This document shows positions 44,232-58,111 of a stretch of DNA of 64,000 bases, piece by piece; positions within the stretch are counted from its first letter, which is position 1; every line of letters starts with the position of its first letter. This DNA comes from an uncultured Bacillota bacterium (lineage in GTDB: Bacteria > Bacillota > DTU025 > MWDF01), in the NCBI GenBank assembly GCA_963823655.1, contig CAWGMK010000010.1:416001-480000 (forward strand), written 5' to 3'. The notes beneath the pieces were generated by a model. It was not told the DNA's origin. It was given only the letters and a program-made list of their open reading frames with translations, and did no database searches. The translations under genes were made by a program, and so were the position numbers.

Positions 44232-46015
44232 GTGTTTTATTTTGTCTACCATCTCAAACAGGAGAGCACAGGAAAGGTCAGCATCGGCATCAGCCCGTGC
44301 CCGGAATATGACCTTGCGCTTGCAATGCAGGACGGCCAATCAATCATGCACATAATCTCCCCGCCATTGAGGCTGCCGGCGGCTTTTCGGGCGCGCAATG
44401 ACGCGGAAATCTGCAGCGGTGGCGCGCTCCAGGCCGCCTTCTATTCGGTTAAGAAGAGCCTTGCCATCTACTCCGGGCGAGAGAGGATGCCGCAGAACCC
44501 CATACGGGTGAAGGCAGGGAAGGGGACGGATGACAATACGGTGCCGGAGGTGGCAAAGCAGATGGCCGCAAGGCTCAAAGGCAGGATGCTGAGGATGGAC
44601 GAGCTGGAATCGGCCTTCCCCAGCGCGGGCCCGAGCAGGATCGCCATGGCGGCGGAATATTGCAAGGTACACGACGAGCTGAACATCATCCCCGGAATAA
44701 TGTACAAAGGCTATGGAGGAAGGGTTTGCGCCAGGTGCGGGAGCACAACGGGCTTCCAGGTGTCGGAGTGCCCGTCCTGCGGGGCGTCATCGTGCATTAG
44801 CTGCTCGGAGTGCTCCACCATGGGCCTGGTTAGGGAGTGCGAGCCTTTGTACAGCATAACAGGCGAAAGCGGCCATACGCCCCCTGTCAGGGCCCATGAG
44901 CCGATTTTGAAATACAAGCTGACGCCGGCGCAAGTCGAGGGCCTCAGAGAAGGTTTCGCAATGGTACAAGGAGGGCAATTTGGAGGAGGCTCTCGTTTGG
45001 GCAGTGTGCGGCGCCGGCAAGACAGAGGTCAGCTTCGGCGCCATCGCTGCAGCCCTCAATTCCGGAGCCCGGGTGCTTTACGCCGCCCCTCGCAGGGACG
45101 TTGTGGCTGAGCTTGGCGAAAGGATAGCAAGCGCCTTCCCCAGGGCCAGCTCCTCCCAGTATTACTCGGGCAGCACCGGCCGGAGCGGACACAACACCGA
45201 CATAACTATAGCCACGACGCACCAGGCCATAAGATTCTATAAATGCTTCGATCTAACCATACTGGATGAAGTCGACGCTTTTCCCTACCAGGGCAGCCGC
45301 GTGCTGGTGCAGGCCGTGCGCAACGCAAGAGCCGACGGCGGCAAGACTCTCTTCATGTCGGCGACCCCTTCAAGGGATCTGATGGAAGCATCTTTGGAAG
45401 GGCGGATGCTGACTGCAACGATACCGGCAAGGCACCACGGCTATCCTCTCCCCGTTCCTCAAGTCTCGCTGCCTTGGAAAGGCGTCGCAGGCCATGCTTG
45501 CAGGCGGTGCCCAAGAGGTGCCCGACGAGCTTGGAAAGGCCCTCATGCAAAGCCTTGAGTCGGGCAACGGCCATTTCGTATTCGTGCCGAGGAAGTCGGC
45601 AGCCGAGACCGTGTGCGCTAAGATCGCCGCATACCTGGGGAATCAGGGCCATGCAGATGCCAGGCTGGGATGGGCGCATTCTGCGGACCCGGACAGGGAG
45701 AAGAAAAGAAGGGCCTTTATGGAGGGCTCTTTGGATATCCTGGTATGCACTTCGATCATGGAAAGGGGCGTGACGGTTCCCGGCGTTGATGTTTCGGTGC
45801 TTGGCGCCGACATCGACGGGGTATTCGACTACAGGTCCCTCGTTCAGATGGCGGGGCGCGCCGGAAGGCAGCAGGCGAGGCCCACCGGCAATGTCAGCTT
45901 CTTCTGTGAAAGCGTAAACCGGGACATCAAAGAGGCCATAGGCATGATAGAAAGGATGAATGAAGATGCCTTTGAGGGCGGTTTCCTTTTCAATGGCGCG
46001 AAAAGCCCTGCTTAA
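44232..46015 (+). CDS. comFA: ComFA-like DEAD/DEAH helicase with Cys-rich N-terminal region (frameshifts near 44940 and 45475)
   Basis: CARC..CPSC..CSEC, WAVCGAGKTE, PRRDVVAEL, DEVDAFPY, MSATP, TSIMERGVT, QMAGRAGR. Confidence 0.88.
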
Positions 46016-46634
46016 GGCCAAGCCGGCCGCAGATGCCGCTATAGATGCGCTCTTTCCGCCCCAAGGGGCCTGCCAGTTCTGCTCATCCAAGCTGGAGGAT
46101 ACGGATTTCAGGCCGGTTTGCGGCAGTTGCTCCCAAAGGCTTCTCTCTTGGTTCGCCTATGAAAGAAGGGTTCCGGGGGTTTACTGGGACTACATTGAGG
46201 GCCATTTGGCAGGCAGAATCAGAGCAGCAAGCGAAGAGGCCCCGGAAATCGCCCGAATCATCGGGACGGGCAGCGCCGCCGCGATTGCCGAGATCTCCAG
46301 GGCTATGGCCACATGCGTTCCCCCGATAAGATACATCAGGACGGACGGCGTCTATTTGTTCGCGGATGGCTTAGATTCGGGCCGCGCAACAGCGCTTAAG
46401 GCATTGGGTAAACAGCTGGCCCGCAGCCTCGCCTGCGATTACCGGGGCCAGGCGGGAAGAAGCGGCTCGCACTGGCAGCAGGAGGCCATGGCAAAGTACG
46501 GCGGCGCCAATTCTGTCCCCTCCTCTGCATATCCCGTCCTTATCTGCGAAAGCCGTTCGGTCAATGAGGCAGCAGCCTTGCTCTTGCAGATGCGCGCCAA
46601 GGAAATTATTTGGGCTGATGCGGATGGCCTGTAA
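45993..46634 (+). CDS. Divergent ComFC-like protein
   Basis: DALFPP..CQFC...VCGSC zinc ribbon, downstream of comFA; the PRT motif is degenerate. Confidence 0.6.
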   Translation: MARKALLKAKPAADAAIDALFPPQGACQFCSSKLEDTDFRPVCGSCSQRLLSWFAYERRVPGVYWDYIEGHLAGRIRAASEEAPEIARIIGTGSAAAIAEISRAMATCVPPIRYIRTDGVYLFADGLDSGRATALKALGKQLARSLACDYRGQAGRSGSHWQQEAMAKYGGANSVPSSAYPVLICESRSVNEAAALLLQMRAKEIIWADADGL

Positions 46635-46693
46635 ACGCCCGAATTTAATGATGGTATAATTAATATTTAATAATAAGCGCATACGGGGGAATA

Positions 46694-47902
46694 ATGAATA
46701 CTGCGATTCTGGTAGCTATCTCACTAGCTGTGGCGTTGGTCTTGATTAGGCTGAAGGTCCAAAACGGGCTTGCCATGAGCATAGGCGCGCTCGTCATGGT
46801 AATCACTACGGGAATGGGCCTGACTAAGCTCTTCCAGACGGCCTGGGTGACATTGAAGTCCGAGCAGACCCTGACTATTGTCGGGGTTATGATCCTGGTA
46901 ATGATGCTTGAGGAGATGATGAGCAGATTCGGCCTCATCGACAAGCTTATCTCATCTTTAAGCAGGCTTCTTCCTGACAAGCGCATACATATGATCATTT
47001 TGCCGGCCTTCATGGGCCTGCTGCCGTCGGCAGGAGGCGCCCTTCTGTCCTGCCCGATGGTGGAGAAAGCCTCTGACGGCATGGAGATAAGCGCCTATAA
47101 GAAGGCGTTCTCCAACTTCTGGTTCAGGCATGTCATGGAGTTCATCGCCCCTGTCTATACTGCGATCATCATGCTCTCGCAGCTATCCATGCAGCCGATG
47201 GGCGTCATTTTGCGAACGCTTCTGCCCGTTGCCGCCATCGCCACCCTTGTCGCGCTGCCGGTGGCGTTTGCAGGCACCAAGAAGATGCCCAAGAACGCCG
47301 CGGACATGGAGGGCACGAAAAGGCATGCGATGAAGGATCTTCTAACATCGATAAGCCCTCTTGCCTTGATCCTAGTGATGGTTATTGTCTTCGGGCTTAA
47401 TCCGTTCTTCGCGATAATCCCCGTAATTCTGGCCCTCGCCGTCATCTTCCGCCCTAAAGCGGCAGACTATAAGGCAATACTCAAAAAGGGTTTCAACCTC
47501 AACATCATGTTCATGGTGTTGGGGATAATGTTCTACAAGGAAGTGCTGACCGCATCGGGAGGCATAGACTCTTTGGCAAGGACATTTACTGACATGGGCC
47601 TGCCCCAGCTGGCAATGGTGCTGGCGCTTCCTTTCGCCATCGGCTTTTTAACCGGAATGGCCTCCCCGACAATAGCCCTTTCCCTGCCGGTGCTAATCAG
47701 CATGTACGGCCTTTCGGGGATTACGCCACAGATAGCGGCGCTTACTTATGTGGGATGCAATTTCGGCATGAAGCTGACGCCCACGCACCTGTGCCTGGTG
47801 CTTACGGCCGACTATTTTAAAGTGGACATGATAAAGCTTATCGGGATGATGATACTTCCGGCCGCTTTGACCATATTAGCTTCAGCTTTGCTGCTTTACT
47901 AG
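46694..47902 (+). CDS. DUF401 family membrane protein (putative transporter)
   Basis: LPAFMGLLPSAGGALLSCPMV, NFWFRHVME, TPTHLCLVLTADYF. Confidence 0.88.
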   Translation: MNTAILVAISLAVALVLIRLKVQNGLAMSIGALVMVITTGMGLTKLFQTAWVTLKSEQTLTIVGVMILVMMLEEMMSRFGLIDKLISSLSRLLPDKRIHMIILPAFMGLLPSAGGALLSCPMVEKASDGMEISAYKKAFSNFWFRHVMEFIAPVYTAIIMLSQLSMQPMGVILRTLLPVAAIATLVALPVAFAGTKKMPKNAADMEGTKRHAMKDLLTSISPLALILVMVIVFGLNPFFAIIPVILALAVIFRPKAADYKAILKKGFNLNIMFMVLGIMFYKEVLTASGGIDSLARTFTDMGLPQLAMVLALPFAIGFLTGMASPTIALSLPVLISMYGLSGITPQIAALTYVGCNFGMKLTPTHLCLVLTADYFKVDMIKLIGMMILPAALTILASALLLY

Positions 47903-47975
47903 CACAGGGCTTGCTTCAAATAAACAGCAACAACACCAAACCAGCACCTACGAGTATCGACAGGAGGAGCCGACA

Positions 47976-50678
<2,703 letters not shown>

Positions 50679-50687
50679 AAGATAAGA

Positions 50688-50713
50688 AGGAATCACAGCC
50701 TCAGGTATTGAAA
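50688..50713 (+). promoter_or_regulatory. SigH-like promoter of hpf
   Basis: AGGAAT...GAAA, AGGA-N18-GAAA; B. subtilis hpf (yvyD) is SigH-transcribed. Confidence 0.6.
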
Positions 50714-50761
50714 GAGTAACTACGGCGACGACCGGCAGAGACTAAGAAAGGAGCTGGTCTA

Positions 50762-51295
50762 ATGGACACCATCTTCAAGAGCAGAAATTTCGAGATCACC
50801 GAGGCGCTAAAATCCTACGCCAACAAGAAGCTGGAAAGGCTTACCAAGTACTTCGAGCCCGAGAAGATCGAATTGCAGGTCATGATGACCCTTCAGCGGG
50901 GAATCCACACGGTTGAAGTAACCCTTAACGTAAGAGGGCTGCTGATCAGGTGCGAGGAGAAGACGGGCGATATGTACGCATCCATCGACGGTTCCGTTGA
51001 CAAGCTCGAGCGCCAGATCCACAAGTTCAAGACGAAGATGAACCGCAAAGCACACGAAAGCCACGCCACAGCGGCCCCTGCACCGCAAGTAGCGGCAGAA
51101 GAGGGTCAGGAGGCCGAGATAGTCAGGACGAAGAGGTTCGCCTACAAGCCTATGACATCGGAAGAGGCAGTAATGCAGATGGACCTTCTCGGACACGATT
51201 TCTTCGTTTTCACAAACACGGATGATAAAGGGCACGTTTGCGTAGTATACCGCCGCAAGGACGGCAACTACGGGCTTATAGAGCCGGAGCAGTGA
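50762..51295 (+). CDS. hpf: Ribosome hibernation promoting factor (long HPF)
   Basis: NFEITEALKSY, DMYASID, KPMTSEEAVMQMDLLGHDFFVF, VYRRKDGNYGLIE. Confidence 0.96.
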   Translation: MDTIFKSRNFEITEALKSYANKKLERLTKYFEPEKIELQVMMTLQRGIHTVEVTLNVRGLLIRCEEKTGDMYASIDGSVDKLERQIHKFKTKMNRKAHESHATAAPAPQVAAEEGQEAEIVRTKRFAYKPMTSEEAVMQMDLLGHDFFVFTNTDDKGHVCVVYRRKDGNYGLIEPEQ

Positions 51296-51310
51296 ACCGG
51301 CCCAGACTGC

Positions 51311-51352
51311 GCGGATGGGCTTCCGAAAGGGGGCCCATCCGCTTTGTCATTT
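51311..51352 (+). terminator. Terminator after hpf
   Basis: GCGGATGGGCTTCC-gaaa-GGGGGCCCATCCGC followed by TTTG. Confidence 0.8.
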
Positions 51353-51373
51353 GTTAAAGACGGGGTGTTCTAG

Positions 51374-52469
51374 ATGATGACTTTGGTAGTGTTCGAGGGA
51401 GGGATCCCTGAAGGTGCCGTCGAGGGCTGGCTTTCCGATATCAGAAGCAGGATGGCGGAGTCCCTTTTGGATTTAGCGCTTCAAACAGGCGCCTTCGACG
51501 AAGCGGTCCTTGTCACGGACAAGCAGCTTAATGTCCCTGCATCGGTTAAAGTGATAAGCTCAAAGGCTTTTGCCCCCTTCCACTTCGGCAAGGTGTTGAA
51601 GCACGTGCTGGAAGGCGTCCGCCCGGGCGGCTTCTGCTATTTCTCCGGCGGCTCGGCCCAGCTGATGGGGCCCAAAGGCATTCTCTCCTTCGCAAATGCG
51701 GTAAGAGACGCAAACGGCGCGATTGTGGCCAATAACGCCTTCTCGGCCGATTTCTTCGGCTGCGCGGACAAGTCCCCGTTTTTGGTTGACGACCTGCCTT
51801 CGGCGGACAACTCGGTACCCATCTACATTTCCGATCATTACGGCGTTAAGCTCAATCCGCTGCCGTTTTCCGTGGAGGCCTCATTCGACGTGGATACGCC
51901 CACCGACGCGCTGATACTCTCCCAGGCGGCCGGCTGCCCGGAGATTGTAAGGCAGGCGGCGCTTGCGAAGAATTGACGGGCTTCCCGAAGGGCGGCTGGA
52001 GCTTGCCGCAGGAAGGCTTGCCCACATAAAGGCGCTCATGAGGAAGGATTTCAGCGACATTACGCTTGCCGGCAGGGTGGGCCCAGCCTCGATCATCGAG
52101 CTCAACCGGCTGACAAGGTGCCGCTACAGGCTTTTTTCAGAGGAGCGCGGGATGCGCTCGTTCGGGCGCGATGAGGAGGGCACCGCAAGGACGATCTTCG
52201 CGGACCTTTTCAAAGAGAAAGGGGCCTCCGGAATGCTGGAGCTGATAATGTCCCAGACTGAAGGATTCCTTTTCGACGACAGGGTGCTCTTCGCGGCTCT
52301 GAGGGCAAAGCCCAAGGCCGAGGAGAGGTATCTGTCCGACTTACTGGCGTGGGAGCTGATGCCCGAAGGTATCCCAAGGCAACTTGCAAAAGCAGCATGC
52401 GAAATCGATGGCATCTGCCTGGGCGGGCACAGCCTGGTCAATTCAGGCGCCGTGGCAATCGCCAAGTAA
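51374..52469 (+). CDS. Hypothetical protein, possibly nucleotide-diphospho-sugar transferase/CofC-like fold (frameshift near 51970)
   Basis: Two abutting ORFs are joined by removing one A; motifs PFHFGKVL, NNAFSAD, FDVDTPTD, RLFSEERGMRS, LGGHSLV. Confidence 0.6.
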
Positions 52470-52521
52470 GCCCCCCACTATGGTAAAATAGTTTAGTTAA
52501 ACAGTATAAGAGGTGTTGTGA

Positions 52522-55041
52522 TTGTTCGGTTTCCTTAAGAAAGCATTCGACCCAAGCAAGAAGGAGCTGGCGGGGCTGGCCGAGACCGCGGCAAAGGTCG
52601 CGGCGCTGGAGCCTTCGATGAAGCCGCTCACAGACGAGCAGCTTCTGGGCCTTACCGCGAAGTTCAGGGAGCGCCTGGCAGGCGGGGAGCCCATAGACAG
52701 CGTCTTGCCTGAGGCATTCGCGGCCGTCAGGGAGGCCTCCATCAGGACTCTTGGCATGAGGCACTTCGACGTGCAGGTAATGGGCGCAACAGTCCTTCAT
52801 ATGGGAAGGATCGCAGAGATGAAGACGGGCGAGGGCAAGACGCTCGCCGCCACCATGCCCGCATATTTGAACGCCATCTCCGGCAAGGGAGTTCATATAG
52901 TCACGGTAAACGACTACCTGGCAGCGCGCGACGCCAACTGGATGGGGCCTGTCTACAAGGCTTTGGGCCTGACAGTCGGCGTAATAGTGCACGACCAGTC
53001 GCCCCAGGTGCGGCGCGAGCAGTATATGTGCGACATAACCTACGGCACCAACAATGAGTTCGGCTTCGACTACCTCAGGGACAACATGGTAACGAGCATG
53101 GACAACAGGGTGCAAAGGCCGCACCATTACGCAATAGTGGACGAGGTGGACTCGATACTGATCGACGAGGCCCGCACGCCGCTCATCATATCCGGAATGG
53201 CTGAAGATTCCGGCCCGAAGTATGCGACTTTCGCGAAGATCGCAGCCATGCTCGAGCCCGAAACCGACTATACGGTGGACGAGAAGGCCAACACGGTAGC
53301 CATAAACGAGCAGGGCATAGAGAAGATCGAGCGCAGGCTCGACATAGAAAACCTCTACGATGAGGTCAACATAGAGCTTATGCACCATGCACAGGCGGCC
53401 TTGAAGGCCAAAGCGCTGTTCAAGCGCGACCGCGACTACATAGTAACGCCCGACCAGCAGGTCATAATAGTAGACGAGTTCACAGGCAGGCTCATGCACG
53501 GCAGGCGCTACTCGGACGGCCTGCACCAGGCGATAGAGGCCAAGGAATCGGTCAAGGTGCAGGAAGAGCACCGCACGATGGCGACCATCACCTTCCAGAA
53601 CTACTTCAGGATGTACGAAAAGCTCGCCGGCATGACCGGCACCGCCAAGACCGAGGAGGAGGAGTTCAGGAGCATCTACGGCCTCGACGTGGTGGAAGTG
53701 CCGACTGCCAAGCCCATGATAAGAGTCGACAATCCCGACTCCGTGTACAAGACGCAGAAGGCAAAGTACATGGCCGCGGTGGAGGAGATAGCCGCCTGCT
53801 ACGAGAAGGGCCAGCCGGTGCTGGTGGGCACCGTGAGCATAGAGAAGAACGAGCTCCTCTCCGAGCTTCTAAAAAGGCGGGGCGTAAAGCATCAGGTGCT
53901 AAACGCGAAGTTCCATGAGAAGGAAGCGGAGATCATCAAGATGGCGGGCCAGAAGGGCGCGGTCACCATTGCCACCAACATGGCAGGGCGCGGCACCGAC
54001 ATCGTCCTGGGCGAGGGCGTCGTCGAGCTCGGCGGGCTTCACGTCATAGGCACCGAAAGGCATGAGAGCAGGCGAATTGACAACCAGCTTAGAGGCCGCT
54101 CCGGCCGCCAGGGGGATCCTGGGTCTTCCAGGTTCTACGTGGCTATGGACGATGACCTGATGAGGCTGTTCGGCGGGGAGAACATAGGCAAGATCCTCGG
54201 CGTAATAGGCTGGAAAGAGGGGGAATCAATAGAGCACGCCCAGCTTTCCAGGCAGATAGAAGCGGCGCAGAAGAGGGTTGAGTCCAGGCATTTCGATATG
54301 CGTAAGCACCTATTGCAATACGACGACGTGATGAACAAGCAGAGGGAGGCCGTTTACTCCCAGAGGGATACCATCCTCAGAGGCGAGGACATTAAGGAGC
54401 GCTCGGTGGAACTTTCCAAAAAGACCGCCGAGGGGCTTGCGAGGGCTTTCGCCGACGAGAAGTCGTACTCGGAGGACTGGGACCTTGAGGGCCTGGCCGA
54501 GCAGCTGACAGCGCTAGTCGGCATAAAGGTTCCGGCAGCATCCCTGAAGGCCTCGGACTGGAAGGGCCTGCTTCAAAACATAGACTCCGCAATCGCCGGG
54601 GCGTATGAGTCCAGGGAGAACGCCGTCGGCGCCGATCGCATGAGGCAGCTTGAGCGCGCCGTTATGCTGTATCTGATAGACAACAAGTGGGTGGACCACC
54701 TGTCGAATCTGGAAATGCTCAAGGAGGGCATAGGCTTGAGAGCCTACGGCCACCAGGACCCGCTTTTGGAGTATCGCAAAGAGACCTACAACATGTTCAA
54801 CGACATGATGCAGGCCGTCGGCGAGGACTTCATAAAGCTCATAATGCGCGTCAGAATCCGCGAAGAGGGCGAGGAGCAGGTGCAGGCCCCCGCGAAGTCG
54901 GTATACAAGAACGTTGCGACGAACCGGGCCTCGGAGGGCCCGAAGGAGCCGGTTAAAACTGGCGACAAAGTGGGCAGGAACGACCCTTGCCCCTGCGGAA
55001 GCGGCAAGAAGTACAAGAAGTGCTGCGGCATCGGCAAGTAA
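52522..55041 (+). CDS. secA: Preprotein translocase ATPase SecA
   Basis: [37 protein letters not shown] motif [19 protein letters not shown]. Confidence 0.99.
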   Translation: MFGFLKKAFDPSKKELAGLAETAAKVAALEPSMKPLTDEQLLGLTAKFRERLAGGEPIDSVLPEAFAAVREASIRTLGMRHFDVQVMGATVLHMGRIAEMKTGEGKTLAATMPAYLNAISGKGVHIVTVNDYLAARDANWMGPVYKALGLTVGVIVHDQSPQVRREQYMCDITYGTNNEFGFDYLRDNMVTSMDNRVQRPHHYAIVDEVDSILIDEARTPLIISGMAEDSGPKYATFAKIAAMLEPETDYTVDEKANTVAINEQGIEKIERRLDIENLYDEVNIELMHHAQAALKAKALFKRDRDYIVTPDQQVIIVDEFTGRLMHGRRYSDGLHQAIEAKESVKVQEEHRTMATITFQNYFRMYEKLAGMTGTAKTEEEEFRSIYGLDVVEVPTAKPMIRVDNPDSVYKTQKAKYMAAVEEIAACYEKGQPVLVGTVSIEKNELLSELLKRRGVKHQVLNAKFHEKEAEIIKMAGQKGAVTIATNMAGRGTDIVLGEGVVELGGLHVIGTERHESRRIDNQLRGRSGRQGDPGSSRFYVAMDDDLMRLFGGENIGKILGVIGWKEGESIEHAQLSRQIEAAQKRVESRHFDMRKHLLQYDDVMNKQREAVYSQRDTILRGEDIKERSVELSKKTAEGLARAFADEKSYSEDWDLEGLAEQLTALVGIKVPAASLKASDWKGLLQNIDSAIAGAYESRENAVGADRMRQLERAVMLYLIDNKWVDHLSNLEMLKEGIGLRAYGHQDPLLEYRKETYNMFNDMMQAVGEDFIKLIMRVRIREEGEEQVQAPAKSVYKNVATNRASEGPKEPVKTGDKVGRNDPCPCGSGKKYKKCCGIGK

Positions 55042-55053
55042 ATAAAAGGGAGA

Positions 55054-56178
55054 GTGCCTGGTAGCATCATGAGGGCAGAGCTTAGCACACCGATAGACCA
55101 GCTGGAATCGCGAATCGGCGAGATGCGCGGATACCTCCATATAGAGGACAAGCGGAAGCAGTTGGCAGAACTCCAGGAGCAGGCAGGGGCGCCCGGGCTT
55201 TGGAACGACCGCGAGAGCGCCCAGAAGCTCATGCAGAAGATCTCCGCCGTCGAGGGGCATATAAACAAATACAAGACGCTCGCCTCCAAGCTGGATGACG
55301 TGAAGGCTTTGGCCGAGATGGCCGACGAGGAGGACGACGCCGAGGCCATCGCCGAGAGCTTGGACATGATTGCAGCCCTTTCCAAGGAAGTGGAGCGGGC
55401 CGAGATGTCCAACATGCTATCGGGCGAGTACGATTCGGGCAATGCAATAGTATCCATACATCCGGGAGCCGGCGGCACCGAGAGCAACGACTGGGCCCAG
55501 ATGCTGTTTCGCATGTTCACAAGGTGGGCTGAGCGAAGCGGCTACCAGATGGAAATAGCAGACTATCAGGTGGGGGATGAAGCGGGGCTTAAAAGCGCCA
55601 CGGTATTCATAAACGGCGAGAACGCGTTCGGGTATCTGAAATCGGAGAAGGGCGTGCACAGGCTCGTCAGGATCTCCCCCTTCGACGCATCGGCCAGAAG
55701 GCATACATCCTTCGCGTCGGTCGACGTAATCCCCGAGATCGAAGAATCCGAGGTCGATATAAACCCCGAGGATTTGAAGATCGACACATTCAGATCGGGC
55801 GGAGCCGGCGGGCAGCATGTTAACAAGACCGACAGCGCCATCAGGATTACCCACCTTCCGACGGGCATCATAGTCCAATGCCAGAACGAGCGCTCGCAGT
55901 ATAACAACAAAGAAGTCGCGATGAAGATCCTAAAATCCAAGCTGATACTAAGACAGCGCGAGGAGCAGGAGAAGAAGCTTGCCGAGATGAGGGGCGACCA
56001 CATGGAAATCGCATGGGGCAGCCAGATCCGCTCCTACGTGTTCCAGCCTTACACCATGGTCAAGGACCACAGGACGAACTGGGAGACCGGGGACATCAAC
56101 TATGTCATGGACGGCGGGCTCGACGAATTCATAGAAGCCTACCTCAGGATGAAAGTGGCCACAGCGCACAAGGTCTAA
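55054..56178 (+). CDS. prfB: Peptide chain release factor 2 (single frame, no programmed frameshift; start may be 55069)
   Basis: GAGGTES, LVRISPFD (SPF), GGAGGQHVN, WGSQIRSYV. Confidence 0.98.
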   Translation: MPGSIMRAELSTPIDQLESRIGEMRGYLHIEDKRKQLAELQEQAGAPGLWNDRESAQKLMQKISAVEGHINKYKTLASKLDDVKALAEMADEEDDAEAIAESLDMIAALSKEVERAEMSNMLSGEYDSGNAIVSIHPGAGGTESNDWAQMLFRMFTRWAERSGYQMEIADYQVGDEAGLKSATVFINGENAFGYLKSEKGVHRLVRISPFDASARRHTSFASVDVIPEIEESEVDINPEDLKIDTFRSGGAGGQHVNKTDSAIRITHLPTGIIVQCQNERSQYNNKEVAMKILKSKLILRQREEQEKKLAEMRGDHMEIAWGSQIRSYVFQPYTMVKDHRTNWETGDINYVMDGGLDEFIEAYLRMKVATAHKV

Positions 56179-56191
56179 CTTCCGGGAGGTA

Positions 56192-58111
56192 ATGCATATG
56201 TCCCAGAAGACGGCGAGGAATATTGCAATCATCGCGGTTGTGCTCGTTTTGGCGGCAGTCGCAGTCTCCGCATGGGCTACTGCCGAAAGGTATGCGAGGG
56301 AAGAGTCCTACCGCACCGCATCCCTATGCCTGGATTACGAGCAGTTCGCCTCGGTCGCGGCGCAGTGGCCGCAAGGGGCCCTTTCCTATTGGAAGGAAAT
56401 GAAGGATGCCGGCGCCACCTCGGTCGCGGTGGGAGAGCTCACAATCGGCTGGATGGAAGACGCAGGCTATATCGAGATTATAAAACTTCCTGCAAGAGAT
56501 GCCAATGTCGGGCACCTCATCAAGCCAATAGACCCGAAATCCGGTGACATCCTTACAGACAGGCTGACCGCAAGGCTAGGCGCGATGGCTGAGGTTGTAC
56601 CCGGCGGCGTGCAGGTATACGGGCTCACGAACGACCAGCTGAGGGCGATGAACGCCGGCCCCGACGAATATGCCATCGAGCTCATGGGAGAAGCGGGGCT
56701 CGATGTCGTTTTGAGGCTTTCGGCATTCGGCGGGTTTGACTCCGATTGGGTCGAATTGGCATTGTCGGATGAGCTCGAAGCGGGCACTGTCGTGATTTTC
56801 TCGGAAAAGCAGGTCGGCGGCTTCCCCAACAGGCTGGAGGAGGTCTCAGAGGCCCTGGTCGCCGAAGGCGCCCTTATAGGCCAGGTGGAATTCTCCAAGC
56901 AGCTGGGCTCGGATGAGCTGGACGAGTTCATGATGCCCAATATCGTAAGGGTCCACAGCATCACGCCGGAGGAGCTTGCCAAGGGCATGCTTATGGAAGA
57001 TGCCATAGTCCGCTTCGCCAGGGCCGTCAGGGAGCGCAGCATGAGGCTCATCTATGTGAACCCCTATCGCTTCGCGGGAGAGGATTTGGACATTCCCCAA
57101 TACAACCTTGAGTATGTAAAAGGCATTGCCGGGGCAATCGTTGAATTGGGCTATGCCCTTGGCAAAGTATCGGTGCCCGATCAGGCCTCAGGCCCTGAGC
57201 TCTGGCTTCTGTTGAAGTCTACCGCGATCGGCTCTTCTGCGGCCCTCTACCTGATAATAATGCCGTTCGGCCCTATGCTGGCGCTCGCTTTGGCTTTGGC
57301 GTCCGCACTATTCCAGGTCGCGCTGTCCCTGTTCCTGCCCGAAAGCCTGGGCTCTTCGTTGATTCCGCTTGCGGCGGCAGTCATCATGCCCTGCCTTGGG
57401 GCAGCCGCCTGGATGAGGATCATGCGTTTTTGCAAAGGAAGCGCTCTGGTTAAAGCCCTTGGTGCCTGGGCAGCTGCATCAGTTATCAGCGTCTCGGGCG
57501 GGCTGATGCTATCATCCCCGGTCGCGGATGTGGCTCGCATGCTGGGAGTGGGCGTATTTACGGGAGTGAAGGTCGCACAAGTTCTCCCGCTGCTTCTGGC
57601 TTTTGCCGGATTTTGGGCCCTAATGCTGTCGAAGAAGGGCGGAAGAGGGCTCATGGACGAGGCTCTTGGCCTTGGCATGCAGCCGATTAGATGGTGGCAC
57701 GCGGCAGTAGTCGGAATAGCCGGCGCCGTCGGGCTCTACATGGTTTTAAGGTCCGGCAACGCAAGCCCTGCACTTGTTACGGGCTTCGAGGCGGCCGCAA
57801 GGGAGGCGCTTGAGAAGCTGCTCGTCTTCAGGCCCCGCAGCAAGGAAGTCTTCGTAGGCCACCCGGCAATGATAATTGCGGGCCTGCTGTTTGCGGACGG
57901 TTTCGCAGGCTTGTCGCTTGCAGCCTTCGTTCTCGGTATGGTGGGTCAGGTCTCGATGGCCAATACTTTCATGCACCTTCACACGCCGATTGCGGCGACT
58001 GCCATCAGGACCGCGTTGGGGCTCATTCTAGGGTTCGCCGCAGGGCTTGCGGCAATCGTCATCTACAGGGCTGCTCTCAAGGCCATTAGGAAGAGATGGC
58101 CCAACATATGA
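56192..58111 (+). CDS. DUF5693 family membrane protein (csaB-associated)
   Basis: EFSKQLG, VRVHSI, RAVRERSMR, FTGVK, RSGN, RPRSKEVFVGHP, NTFMHLHTP. Confidence 0.85.
   Translation: MHMSQKTARNIAIIAVVLVLAAVAVSAWATAERYAREESYRTASLCLDYEQFASVAAQWPQGALSYWKEMKDAGATSVAVGELTIGWMEDAGYIEIIKLPARDANVGHLIKPIDPKSGDILTDRLTARLGAMAEVVPGGVQVYGLTNDQLRAMNAGPDEYAIELMGEAGLDVVLRLSAFGGFDSDWVELALSDELEAGTVVIFSEKQVGGFPNRLEEVSEALVAEGALIGQVEFSKQLGSDELDEFMMPNIVRVHSITPEELAKGMLMEDAIVRFARAVRERSMRLIYVNPYRFAGEDLDIPQYNLEYVKGIAGAIVELGYALGKVSVPDQASGPELWLLLKSTAIGSSAALYLIIMPFGPMLALALALASALFQVALSLFLPESLGSSLIPLAAAVIMPCLGAAAWMRIMRFCKGSALVKALGAWAAASVISVSGGLMLSSPVADVARMLGVGVFTGVKVAQVLPLLLAFAGFWALMLSKKGGRGLMDEALGLGMQPIRWWHAAVVGIAGAVGLYMVLRSGNASPALVTGFEAAAREALEKLLVFRPRSKEVFVGHPAMIIAGLLFADGFAGLSLAAFVLGMVGQVSMANTFMHLHTPIAATAIRTALGLILGFAAGLAAIVIYRAALKAIRKRWPNI

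Noticed and set aside
47903-47975. yybP-ykoY (Mn2+) riboswitch upstream of the P-type ATPase
   Set aside because: The gap is only 73 nt, A/C-rich and unstructured, with no consensus elements.
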